This document shows positions 13,334 through 28,469 of a DNA stretch of 64,000 nt, piece by piece. Every line of letters begins with the position of its first letter. The stretch's first letter is position 1. The DNA is taken from the NCBI GenBank assembly GCA_002189035.1, contig CM007991.1, positions 1,922,001 to 1,986,000 on the forward strand, written 5' to 3'. This stretch comes from Utricularia gibba (taxonomy: Eukaryota > Plantae > Magnoliophyta). The notes beneath the pieces were generated by a model. That model saw nothing but the letters and a program-made list of their open reading frames with translations. It was not told the origin of the DNA and ran no database searches. The position numbers and the translations under genes are program-made.

Positions 13334-13791
13334 TTGGGGTTTGTGGATCAACTATGGGACGATACCATCGCCGGGGCGGGCACCTGATAGGGGGCTCGGG
13401 GAACTGAGGAAAAACGCTACGTTTAACTTCCGATCCGACTGCGGCGGCAATGGGTACTGCTCTGGGGAAAACCATTTTGAGTCATACCTGTATTGCTTGA
13501 TTTTGTTTTCCTCCGCCAAGTTCACATTTTATTTAACCGCCGAGAAGTTTCTGATTATTTCGATTTACGGTTGGAAATTTGGGGATAAGCTTTCCTGTGA
13601 TTACGTATCGCAGTGAACAATCGGAAATCGTTTGGAGATGAGGCGGCGGAGGATGCACTGAAAGTGACCAGAAGCATAATGATCGTGAGGCGGCCGGTAT
13701 CTAACCTGGAGTTGCCGCCGGCTTCTCCCGGGGGATCCACTACGCCGACATCTACGGGGGAACCCCTGCGCCAGCTTCCCCCTTCTCCTGT
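13334..13791 (+). pseudogene. Dormancy/auxin-repressed protein homolog (DRMH3/At1g56220-like), probably disabled
   Basis: TTG GGG TTT GTG GAT CAA CTA TGG GAC GAT ACC encodes (L)GFVDQLWDDT, the family MGLLDQLWDDTVAG motif with TTG in place of ATG. After a +1 shift: PDRGLGELRKNATFNFRS. Exon 2 (from 13614): KSFGDEAAEDALKVTRSIMIVRRP...SPGGST. Exon phases are incompatible and no clear last exon was found. Confidence 0.75.
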
Positions 13792-14152
13792 AAGGCTTGT
13801 GACTTTGTATTCCACGTGGCTCTAGAAGAATCTCCAGGGATCCGGTCAGGGACATTTCGGTCATTGTCCATCTGGGGATCTTCGGAGCCGTAGACTAGAA
13901 ACAGAAGAGTTAGAGGGATGAGGGATGTCTAGGGTAGTTGCCTTTGAAACAACACTGCGGTTTATGTGTACAGAGCTCATGTTCCTCTCTTCTGTTGCGT
14001 CTGAATGGAAGTTGATCAAGAATGGTGTTTGTCCAGAATCAAACAAACGCATCACGGATAATCTTATCCTGGTTCGATTACACATTCTTGCTCAAGTCAA
14101 GGCAAAAGGTTCTCAGAGAGATACCCAATCATGGAAAGAAAGGATGAGAAGT

Positions 14153-16429
14153 CTATGAGTGATGATAGTGAGAAGGCACCATCCTGTCGGATCCGTGCCT
14201 CCTCCTTCGGGCGCTGTTGGACCGAAATCCGGTATCGGATGCAGCAGCAACCGGTGGGTGGAACGGTGCCCGTATCAAATCTATATCCACCAAGTTCAAG
14301 GGGATGGAGTTCTGTCCCCATCCATGGGAAGGGTTGCGGTGGTGATTCTCAACTTCCTGGAACGCTGAACTCGGTGAGAAAAATAATAGCCACCGGTCTG
14401 ATCTGAGGACGAGGTTGCAGGCTCGGTGTGAGCCCTGGTCACCCTACGATTGCTCCTGATTCTACCCGGTGGCAATGTAGAGGGTCCTGTTGCAGGATTA
14501 TGGCTCGATGGCTGGAAATGTCCTTGCAGAGCAGCAGCAGGAGCAGGAGCAGGACCTTGAAGCCGGGTGGCATTTGCAGCAAAACGTGGAACCGCTGGTG
14601 AGGGAACTGAGCTAGGAGCTCTCCCGGAAGAGCTGCAACAATTCATAGAACAACATATGATGTTATAGGTGATCACAAACACTCCCTCAAACAACTGCGT
14701 TGTTTTTGTTTTTTATTTGTTTGTTTAGCCATTAAAGATTGAAAGGTTGCACAGGAAAGATCCAGGGAAAAAGTGGCTCTGAGAAACATGCTAACCTGTG
14801 CCCCATGGCAAAGGGTGAACTCCAGAGCTGTTCCGAGGTGCTGTTCTTCCAGCCACAGAGGCCATTGAGAGCGGGTCGGCACCAGGGAATTGGGGATTGG
14901 CTCGATGGGGGGATGGCTCCCATCGGCAATAACTTGCACCCATGGAATTGTAAGCATATGAAATCATAGGAGCCTCGCTTGGGACTGATGGGACACTCCA
15001 GTAGGTATTGAAACTTGATCCCTCTGAGGCAGTGCCACTCGATACAGATGATGCATGAATTGGTCCGAGATATGCTGCAACATACGGAGCATGTGCTGTA
15101 AATGCAATAGAACATGTTCAGTGCCTATTGACTAGCACCATAGAAAAATCATGATACTTGATATGCCATGTATTGTGTGTGCTCTTTCTGCATTGATGGA
15201 GGAATTAAGAATAGCAACTTACATGCAATTGATGAGAACTCCCCTTGGCTGCAGACAGAAAAAGGCAAAGGCATCACCAAAACACTCACATTGATATCCA
15301 TAACAAACACAGTCCTCTTACATAATCAAAACAATTGCAGAATCAATCATGATTTCGACACCCGTTGGATGAAAAACACACACAAAGCGAGACATTTGTG
15401 ACACAAAACCACAGAAGATGTATCCAATATGCTGTGCTTACTCAGCAGATGGAGGGAGTCTTGCTAATCCACTGAATGGGCACCAATGAACCCCAAAAGA
15501 CTGCACCATAAGTTTCAGGAACTACTTAGTTAAACATCACCAGCATATATAAATACGTATCCACAGTAACTAATCAACATCTTCTGAGAATGAGACAGAG
15601 GGATGCAGAGGAGAGAGCATACAAAATTCCTCTACATGTAGATATACAAGTAATTTTATCATTATCAAGCACATCAGATAAAAGAAATACATGCCAGAGT
15701 GTGTTGGACACAATTCTTAGCAGAATTACCATCTCCGAGTAGTAGTCAAAGAGATCATCATCATGGACGTGGACCCAATCCTCCATACTAAAATCTGAAA
15801 CTGATCCAGAGCCATTGGAATATAGCCACTGTCCTTTTTCAACATTCCTACAGTTCGGGCATTGCATTGCCCCTTTGCGTTAAATGCGGATCCTATGCAG
15901 TCTGAAAAAACATACAAAAACATGTAAACAAGTACATAGAAAAAAAACAAAAAACAAAAAGCATTATGAGACCTAACGCCGTTAGTTCTGCTTAGTTTAA
16001 CTCAACCAAACGAGGATGTAAATGAACGCCACATGATCGATCCCATTATGCACAAACAACAGACTTCACCGGGGTGAAGTTGAAGAAAGCATTCATGTCA
16101 AGACGACGACTAACCAATCCAGGTTCGTGGGATCCGACTAATTCCTAATGACCAATAGATATAAGAACAAGCGCAGACCTCCAAGACAAGCTTCAGGCGT
16201 GGTAACGAAATAAGAGTCGAAGAAAACGTCGATTAGCTATAAATAAAGATTAAAAAACAAACTTACCCAGATGAAACTGGTGGCCACATCGCAGCTTAGC
16301 CCATGATCTATCGCCCAAGTCCGTCACCGCCTCACAGCAAACGGAGCAGGAGGCCGACGGAGCAGCAGATGTCGTCTTGCATTCTCCTCCGCCACCATCT
16401 TCCATGAGACCCATTTCACCTAAACCCAT
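14153..16429 (-). CDS. RING-H2 E3 ubiquitin ligase, RFI2-like
   Basis: MGLG...CSVCCEAVTDLGDRSWAKLRCGHQFHLDCIGSAFNAKG(A)MQCPNCRNVEKGQWLYSNG, SFGVHWCPF, and C-terminal FQEVEN...RHGSDR (TAG 14153-14155). Three -1 shifts at homopolymers 15870-15873, 14810-14812 and 14359-14363. Confidence 0.85.
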
Positions 16430-17125
16430 AAACAAACCCACTTGTTTCCAATTTTTCCTTTTTAAAAGAAAGATCCAGCCTTGCCCCAATCGGTCAAATC
16501 CCAATACAATACACCTCCGACCCAGATTCAAAGAGCACACACAGATTCAGGAAGCCGGAGCATTACGAAAATTATTCCCAAAAGACTCCAACTTGGGTTC
16601 CTTGTCAAAATTTGCAAAAGTGAATTCAACGACTGGTACCGCTGTTTCAGCACATGTTATCCATTAACCTTTGGGAATATACCTCTCGGGTAGATAACAG
16701 GCAAGAGAGGAGAACAGGTCATCTCTTCTACGTCAACGGCTACCATTGAATTATTTAATGAATTCACCAACACCCCACCAGTCAAATCAAAATCCCTTAC
16801 CAAAATGAAGAATCGGCCGCCGTTCATTGGCCACCGATCTCTTTTTCACATAAATGGAACACGCGACGTGTCGCCATGGAAAAGCTTCAACCTTGTGGGG
16901 GTGGGGGTTCCCTCCAGACAATAATGCAGTTACTATCATCGGCTTTATTACAAAGTTGCACCTTACAAAACGCTCTCTAACATTGATAAACGCGTGGAAT
17001 ATGTTTTAAAATAATGTACAGTATTTGTTATTTACGAATATTTAAATACCATTTTGGCACATGAGTGATCGATCCACAGACGGTACGGAAATATAACAAG
17101 GCATGCAAGCGAAATGAAACCATCT

Positions 17126-18387
17126 TCAGGAGCTGAGCAGGACCTTTGAAATGCTCTCCGTGGGCAGCAATGGAAGATGGGAAGCCACTTTGAAGCCTTT
17201 ACCGGCAGCGTACTGCACGGTCTGGTTGTACTTCTCCGAGCAGAAGGTAGCCGTCGGAGCAACAGCGTGTGCCACTTTGGGGAAAAGAGGGAGCTGGTTC
17301 AGTGATCGCCATGCCGATGCTGCGTACTGCTCCGCCACCGGTTCATACTTGGTGTACAGGTCCTTGGCAGCCGGCTCGCACTTGGTGTAGACTGTTTTTG
17401 CAAGCCCGGATGCAGCTCCGACCACCCCTGAGTTCCTGACTTCGGACAACACGGAGCGTGCAGCAGCGGGAGCCAATCGAGCGGTGTCTATGGCTTGAGC
17501 GGATGCCTGCTTTATTGATGGAGGAACACGGTTCTGCACTTTGTTCACCGATTCATCGACCTGTTGAAATGGGAAGATATCAAGGGCCTTGTTAGAGAAG
17601 AAAAGAACTAAAACACCAACAGGTTCCCTTTGAACCAACGGCCAATTCCCACTTGTGATAGATTGATCAAAAAGAGTTCCTTTTAAGAAAAAATAAAGCC
17701 ATCACAGAACTCAGAAACATGAGGCAAAGTAACGGATTTTGATTCATCATTTTTGAAGTGTCGGAGGAGTTGTAATCAACACTTCTCTCACCACTTCTGC
17801 TAAATTTACTCACTGAATCGACCGATAATCATTCATTAGAGAACAAAAACCAGCATCTAGGGTTCATAAGAAATCTCAGTAACTCCAACGTAGTTTCATA
17901 CGAAAAAGTGCATCTAGTTCCATGGAGAAATCAAAAAAATCAAATTCATATGCAACAGGGCCAGACGAAAGATCGATATACGAGCAAAAATTCTAAGAAA
18001 AATCAATCGCATACCTTCCGATCAACAAACTTCAGAACTTCGCCAGGAACGCCGTGAAACTTATCGTAAACAGGGCCAACAACGGTCTTAACCGTGCCCT
18101 CCACGGTGTCAACACCAGGTTTCAAAGGGCCCGAATTTTCCTTGGCGTAAATGTACAGATTTGCGGCGTACATCAACGCATGGAAAGCCGCTACCTGGAC
18201 GAATTCGAAATACTTTAACCTCTCTTCCTCGCTATCCACTTTCCCCTACAAAAAAAAAAAAAAAAAAAACCAGACCCATGAAAATCATAATCCCAAAAAA
18301 AAACGATCAAGTGATTTTGAAGGAAATTAAAGGCAAGATGCTTCCTACAACAAGGGTCTCCTGGGTATTGGAATCTGAATCAGCCAT
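17126..18387 (-). CDS. SRPP: REF/SRPP family lipid-droplet-associated protein (3 exons)
   Basis: ATG 18387 [10 protein letters not shown]; exon 2 [15 protein letters not shown]...[29 protein letters not shown]; exon 3 ...CSEKYNQTV...[16 protein letters not shown]. Canonical splice sites, intact frame. Confidence 0.93.
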
Positions 18388-18776
18388 GATCCGGAACGAG
18401 AGGAAGAAAGCTTGATTCGCCTTCGCGCAAGAAATGATTTTTATTGTTCTGGGGATGGGAACAAGGAAACGTGAAGAGGCAAGCAACTTCTCGAAAGCGG
18501 CGCCGCGGAATTAAATTACAAGGGAATGAACCGCGCTTCCTGTTTCTAAACAAACGCAAATTACCACCCAAATACAATAATTTACTAATTTTAAATATTC
18601 AGATAATTTGGTAGTGTTTAAAACATAAATCTCAATTAAGGAAGATAATTAAAATTAGAATATTCTCTTAATCCCATATCAGATACCATACTGCGCAAAT
18701 AATCAGATGCAGAGAGCACCTCACCCTACTCAAATTGTGAACTCCACCTCCGATGAAGTTCTTCGGCAGCGGGCAA

Positions 18777-19056
18777 TCAGTCGCGACACAGCGCAATGGC
18801 GCTGCAATCGCGGTGGTAACAATTTGCCTGAGCAAGGGACTCTGTCTCTCTGAAGTGCGCCGCAACTGATGTACCACTGCGTTGCGGCTAAAATGCGCTC
18901 GGTCCATTGGGGAGCCAGATCGGTCGCGACGTCGGCCTCACGAAACTCCCCGACGGTCGATTCGAAGCTAGAGTTGAGAGATAAAGGTTACGCGGAGCGA
19001 TGCAGTGTGGACGCGATTAAGAAGAACACCGCCTGGAAACTCATGACGGAGGTCAT
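18777..19056 (-). pseudogene. RALF: RALF (Rapid ALkalinization Factor) peptide pseudogene
   Basis: ATG 19056 MTSVMSFQAVFFLIASTL (signal-like), in-frame TAA 18988-18990, acidic prodomain, then ERILAATQWYISCGALQRDRVPCS. In a shifted frame it ends QANCYHRDCSAIALCRD* (TGA 18777-18779). This matches RRIL-A..YISYGAL..N.VPCS...ANPY.RGCSAI.RCR. The YYNC segment is absent. Confidence 0.85.
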
Positions 19057-20342
19057 TTTGTATCCGTAAAGATTTCCGGTGCGACTCACGGCTGGGCTCT
19101 GTTCTTCCTGGTTTCAAAAATGGAAGGCGCCATGCCAGGCATGTGGGCAATGTTGACCAGCCAGTCAAAGCCCATCTGGAAGCCCAAGACGTGGCCCATT
19201 AAATAGTTTCAATTGGGCGGTGTGGTGGCCAGTGGCCTTATATGACAGTGACACTCGCCTTGCAATTAACGTGGTTAGAGAAGTTCTAGAAGCATCGCTT
19301 TGACCCGCAAAAAATAGATACAATCAAATTATCCGGTTTATTTTAATTTGCTTTCATATTCGATACCTATGGTTTATTTCAATAGTCAATACCTTTATAA
19401 TATTATTAAAATATCCATGAATATTGGTACTATATTTTGAATCCTTTGATTGGACATTATATTCTGAATGAAAAATAATTGTTTTATTTCCAAGTGAAGT
19501 CACTCACACACGACCACTGCCCTTGGTTCTTTATGGACATTAAAGTTGCTATTCATCGGGTTTCCGAAAGTAGGTTGGATGTGAAGGACATTTTCAGAAT
19601 TCAAAATGTCCACTTGGCGAGGGCAGAATGGTAACTTTTTGGCAACTACATTTCAACCGTGCGATAAATTTAATCATTCTATATATAAAAATTTGTTCGA
19701 GATAAAAGAGAGTTGATCATTTTTGTAAAAGAAACATTTTGATGATATCTGATGATACGTCCTTGTAATGACGCTAATTATTATGGCTGCCGAAATAAGT
19801 TTTGGATAAATAATAGGAAATTAATGTTTAATTAGGGGCGTGGATTTTTTTTTATTATTAAATGAATCAAATTTGGATTTAAAAATTTGCATTGAATTTT
19901 GGTATTTTATTCGCGTGTAGACAAGTAATGATTGAGCGCGTGACAACACCGATACCAAAGCATAGGGATTTAGTTTCAACGTATATGCGGTAAAATTAAC
20001 ATGAAAATGTAAATTAAATTTTAGAAAATAAAATATGTGCGGTTTTATTATTGTTGTTATTATTTTATTTTTATTTTTATTTTTACCATTTGGATTCTGC
20101 ATTTGGAGGAATGAATGAAGGACATGGGGTGTGAGCACTGAGCGTTTACTTTAGTGTGGGTAGAGGTTGGGTGTGGTTTGTCCCTCCCAGGTTCTCTCTA
20201 GGCAATTGACGACCAACAAAAGTCGTGGGAGCACAAAGGTGTTTTTTATGTTTGTGCATTCAGATCGTCGTAAAAGCTGATTTTTTTTTCGCGGTTGGAA
20301 GGACAAAAAGGCGGAGTGATTTGGTCTGTGTGAGGAGGCTTC

Positions 20343-23221
<2,879 letters not shown>

Positions 23222-23488
23222 AAGTTCCATATACTTCTATTGCCGGAGTCCCAGAATGATCCCGTGCTGACCTCATTTCTCTGATGGTAAGATGCAGTCT
23301 GGATTAGGAACCTTCAATGTGTAGGGTGACTGTTGCAGTCTGCCAATGTCTTGCCATGTTCATGACAAGTAGGAAGAAGGGAATAAGATGCTGTATACTT
23401 GACTCGTATTTGTCAAATGAATGATGCCAAAAGGTGAATTTCAAATGAATGTGATTGTATTTAGAGCAGAGCACTTACATTTTAGTAT

Positions 23489-26169
23489 TCAACTTACAAT
23501 GTTGCGCAATAAGCTGTTGGTGGAAGTGGAGCTGTGCAAACTGGGCCATGAATCATGCACAGATACAGGGGAGCTGATGGTCGGCAGGACCGCCGGGGCA
23601 ACCAGCCTCCGGCTTCCAACTACAATGGATTTCTTGCTAGCTGATGTGCTTAAAGATTTCTCACTTCCGACGAACGTTGCTGAACAGAAAGATGTTCGTG
23701 ATGATACCATGTCTAGAGCCTCCTCCAACGGTTCCTGTCCCCGGTTCCTGATCTGGTTCAGCTCTTCAGCCACTTCCATCATCGACGGCCGCATTTCACG
23801 ATGGAATGCTAGGCACCGGAAAGCTAGCTCCGCCACTTGGTGAACCGACGACAGAGTCCAAGCATCGCTGTTGGGTTCAAGAAGGGGATCGATGATCTCT
23901 TCAATCTGTCCCTTTCCGATCCTCTCCACAGCCAATGCAGCTAACGTTACATCGCTGTTGGGACGAGAGAAGTCCACTGCCTTCATCGCTGTTATGATCT
24001 CAACAAGAACGACCCCAAAACTGTAGACATCACTTTTATCAGAAAGATGGAAGTTTTGATGATACTGTGGATCAACGTATCCCGGTGTCCCCTGAGGAGT
24101 AGTTGAGACATGGGAATCATCCATCATCCCGACTCTTGAAAGCCCGAAATCAGCGACCTTCGATTTGAAGTTGTGATCCAGAAGAATATTGCTGGACTTG
24201 ATGTCCCTGTGGTATATAGGAGGATTCATCTGCGAGTGAAGATAAGCTATCCCCTTAGCTGTTTCTGCAGCAATGTTGAGACGGATCGCCCATGGAAGGG
24301 CAGAGTCTCCTCTTTCTCTCATAAGATGCTGCGCCAGAGTCCCATTTGGCATAAACTCGTACACCAGTATCTGTTCTCCATTCTCGATACAACACCCCAG
24401 AAGCCGCACCAAGTTCGGATGGCTAACCGATGACAGAAGCTTGATCTCATTCATCACCTGCTCCGAGCCATCGGTATCCCGATTCCTTATCCTCTTAATC
24501 GCTACGCACTCATCGTTGTGGAGCTTCCCAGAATAAACAGTGCCGTAAGCACCAGTTCCTAGCCTTTGATTCTCCGAAAATCCATTGGTGGCTCTTTCAA
24601 TATCCTTGAAAGTATAGAAGGGTATGGTTATGGTTCCTACAGCTCCGTTGATCAGACGCTTAGCGCTCAATCTGCTCTTGAGAGCTGCTGATCGCCTTTT
24701 CAGATAGAAGTAGATGAGTATCACAGCTGCCGTGAATAAAGCTCCAGCAACAATGCCTGCAACCAGTGGCTGCTTAGCAGTGATTGGGAGAAAGAGAAGG
24801 CTTCAAGATATTCGGAAAGACAAGTACCAGCAACGAGAGTCGATGCTCTCACATGATGACATCCCTGACCTCCTACGCCGCAAGACACTGATACAAGCCA
24901 TCATCAAACTACATCAGAACATCATCATCTGTATAACACACTAAGCACCATCAACATCAGTGGCCATTTTAGAAGAACAGGACGGGTTTAGATCCTGCAT
25001 AAATTTTCCATGTTTTTGAAAAGCGTGCTTGAAGAAAACTAAGACATAGTCAGCTGAGGCGTGCTTGAAGAAAACTAAGACATAGTCAGCTGAGGTGAAA
25101 GTCAAAACAAATAATTCTCAAGTGTTGGTTTGTAATAATTTAGATTTTTAGACATCCAAGTCAAGTGATTAGAGAAGTGCAGTTTTAACATTCAAACTTT
25201 CATATGGCTATCTGAAAAATTCAGCCTTTACCACAAAGTCCAAGATGCTATACGGATATTTTTCTGCGGCTAATACTAGCAACGCAGTAAATATGCGGGA
25301 AACCAAAACCGGACACGAGGACCAGGAACAGGACACGGGAATCGACACTGGGATGATAAGGCCAGAACTGTTGTTTTCTGAAGGTATTCCAAAAGCTCGA
25401 CTTTTCCAAGTATTGTTATATAAATAAATAAAAAGAAGCATTTTTCAACGCCCGCGTACAAAACTGACCTCTTCGACAGCCGGCGCCGGCGGCGAAACCA
25501 TCTCCGTTGAACCCATTGTGGCAGTTGCAGCGGTAGCCAGAATAATTGCCGTATGTGACCGTCGTGACATTGGCATTCGGATCGCAGTTAGGGGCTCCGG
25601 CGACCCACCACCCAAGCTCCACCGTACGGAGATTCAGATTCAGAGCAATCGGCCCCCTTCGGTTCCGTTCCTAAAGTTCGACATCACGGAGGAGAGCAAA
25701 ACACTGCAGTTTCCTCCTCTCCTCATGACGCTTTCGTGATCCATGAAAGGGTTGGAGCTGTCATTGAAGTAACAACTAACGTTGAGTTGATTCCCCCGCA
25801 GTCAACTCCGCTCCTGGAACTCAAGAAATCGGCAGAAAACGCACATTCATTGAAGGGCTCAGAGCAATTCTCAAACAGAAAGGCGTTTCGCCGAGTGGGC
25901 GCGAAGTTCCGCCCGAATAACCCGCCCATATCGGCAATCGACCGATTGCACAGAGCGGGGAAACTGACCAAAATATTCTCGCTCGTCACATTCTGAACCA
26001 TAAGGTCCCCTATCGAACCAAATCCATCATTGCAATTCAACCTAATATCACATCCCTCTGAAAACCCAAACGGATACGAAACCGTTGTCTTCCCACAAAC
26101 CAATTGGCAAGTCGAATTCGCCGCGGAAGCGAACAATGGGAGCATTAAGAACAAATACACAAAAACCAT
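23489..26169 (-). CDS. Wall-associated kinase-like receptor kinase (WAKL14/WAKL21-like), 3 exons
   Basis: Signal peptide, GUB-WAK CGKTTVSYPFGFSEGC, EGF-like CDPNANV...YRCNCHNGFNGDGF, TM GIVAGALFTAAVILIYFYL, kinase LGTGAYGTVY / HRDIKSSNILL / DFGLSR. Two -1 shifts at runs 25793-25797 and 25653-25657. Confidence 0.92.
25023..25094. repeat. Perfect 36-bp tandem duplication in WAKL intron 1
   Basis: gcgtgcttgaagaaaactaagacatagtcagctgag occurs at 25023-25058 and 25059-25094. Confidence 0.95.
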
Positions 26170-26439
26170 TCTAAACAAATTACACTCCGTCAATACTGCG
26201 GAACGACTAAGACTTCATGATCGCCTTAGCAACGGCGAGCCGCAGACCTGCAGAAAATGCCGTAGAACCAGAGATATGAAGACGGAGAAGCTCCGTATCT
26301 GGTGCGTGTATACAGCTAGAGAATAAAAACGTGGGTTTCAGAAGCGCGTACGGTGATGCTTGCAGAGAGGGAAGGAAGAAGCGGAAGCAGGAGAAATGCG
26401 TGTGAACTTCAAAACCTCCATTGTAGGCAAGCCAAAAAA

Positions 26440-26560
26440 TTGACTCTTTTCCCCGAAACATGCATGAATTACGTTATTACCCCCGTGTCTTTTGACTCTT
26501 TCGATAATTTTCAGTACATTTGACACGTCATCCACCTTTCGTTGACTTTTTGTTTGACGT
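26440..26560 (-). promoter_or_regulatory. W-box cluster upstream of WAKL
   Basis: TTGACT at 26440, 26492 and 26542, plus TTGACACGTCA near 26520 and TTGACGT near 26554. W-boxes are established WRKY sites; function here is inferred. Confidence 0.55.
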
Positions 26561-27315
26561 GGCCACCCTACCGGACCTGGCCCATATTCCTCGGTGTGCC
26601 CCATGACCCGCCAACTAATCACCTAATTATTGATTAACGCGGTTTGAAAAGTAGGTAAAAGAGGATTATGGAGTAGTTACCACCTAATCCCAATTTTCAA
26701 AAATTTTGAAAAAAAAATTAGATTATCGAATTATCTCTCTCACGATCTAGATCTTTATAATTGGTCACTATCTTCACATTATCCTATGAATACCTACCGC
26801 AAATAAACTCTGGCATTGTGTCCTTTTATTAGGATTGAGATCTTGAAATCTTTAATTGATTCCAAATAATAGAGATTTTAATCCAAAAACCAAGATTAGA
26901 GTAAATTTTAAAAATATTTTATTTCAAAAAATTTAGAAATTCTAAATTTTGTAAAATTTGATCAAAACATTTTCCTATTTGCGAGTGTAGCACTCTCACC
27001 TAACATGAAAATATGACCCGGCCATCGGGTCACTTGGGTATTGAAATGGATTTCGGACCCATTTATGGATATTAGCGGGCCGAATGTAGGCCAGCCCGTC
27101 GTGGAAAAAGCCCAACTTTCTTTTTTTAATTACGGGTCGGGCAGGCTCATTTTCTACCCGTGCAGGAACCCTAATTTTGTATTGGCGGGAATACTGTTCC
27201 ATACTCCGAATCTGATGGTCCGGAGGAGTTCATCTCGCAACATTTTTCTTCTGAATGCGGATGCGGTTTATGTTGGAACCTCGGTTTGATTTGTTCTTGA
27301 ATTCCAATTTCTGGG

Positions 27316-28064
27316 GTGGATCAGTACGAAGAGATAAGGAGAGCGATAAAGAAAAGTAAGGGCTGGTTGAATTATGAGAATTTTGTTTCAGTTATGTTTT
27401 TGTTTGATCTTTTCGTTTCCCTTGGCTTTAGAAAGCTAGAAAGATATTCTTTTTACATGTCGGTGGTGTCACTGCTCTCAACTCGTGGAGGTGTGCCATG
27501 AGTTATGCAGAGGGCATCCTCTCTGAGAGAAATGGATATTTATACATAGGAGATCGCTAATTCTGTGTCAATTTTGATTCAAAGTACTTTGTTGCTACTT
27601 TTGCTAAGTATTATATGATCCTTAGGGTGGTTTATGAGAGAAAAGAACGTCGTAGAAAATGGCTTCAGAATTCGACCCCAAAGGTGCCTTCGTAAAAGGA
27701 GGCTGCCGAAGTAGAATCTGAAGCTGATACGGATGAAGCGCCTAGTGTAAACAAAGGGATACCGTCACAGGAAATTATAGAATCTGGCTCTGAAGATGAT
27801 GAGGTTGAAACGAAACCAACAACAAAAAAGATAGGACTCCAAAACTTGGGGTGGGTTAGTCTCTCATTCTTTATGCGTGGCATACGAAAGCGTGTGGAAC
27901 AATGTCTTACATGACGCATTTTCATTTTCCTTGTTTACAGGATCCAAGCCTTGTATCTGAAAGACAAAGCAGTTCCCCAATGTGCACAGAATGCAATGGA
28001 GTTCTTAAAGAAACGTAAAATGATGGCACCAAGATCGCCTGCCATTCTGAAAAAGCTCAGTTAG
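27316..28064 (+). pseudogene. Disabled small plant-specific gene (recalled similarity to At4g17010-like proteins; identity tentative)
   Basis: Exon-like segments DQYEEIRRAIKK | KLERYSF...YAEGILSERNGYLYIGDR | VVYERKERRRKWL...DSGSE-like...KKIGLQNLG | IQALYLKDKAVPQCAQNAMEFLKKRKMMAPRSPAIL*. GTG stands where ATG is expected, the expected GT donor reads CT (27557), and there is an in-frame TAA at 27693-27695. Confidence 0.6.
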
Positions 28065-28469
28065 AAACCTGATTACAGCTTCAGGTACGTTTCACCTTTA
28101 GGTATACATCCTGAAAGTGTGCATAGCATAACTTAGGCAGGCCTGAATCCTGAGACTGATTTCGAAAATGGATGTCTGCTACTGATTCAGTCGGGGTGCG
28201 TACTCTAATTGTGAAGTGTTGTTAGCTAGAAGTTTTTAGAATGAATTTTCGGTTCCGACATTCTTAGTCCTCCCTTGAAGCGCAGTTTTGGTTAAAAGTA
28301 ACCTATGACTCTGCTTAATAATAGTTACTGCTCTGGTTGGCCATACATTTTATGCTCCATGTTTACAGTATTCAGCGTTGATATTTATGGCATGAGGTAA
28401 AGGCCTAATCTTTTATCTCCATCTCTTCCTCATTCCGGGTTTCTTGTTCCTCGTTCATCAATTTGTCAG

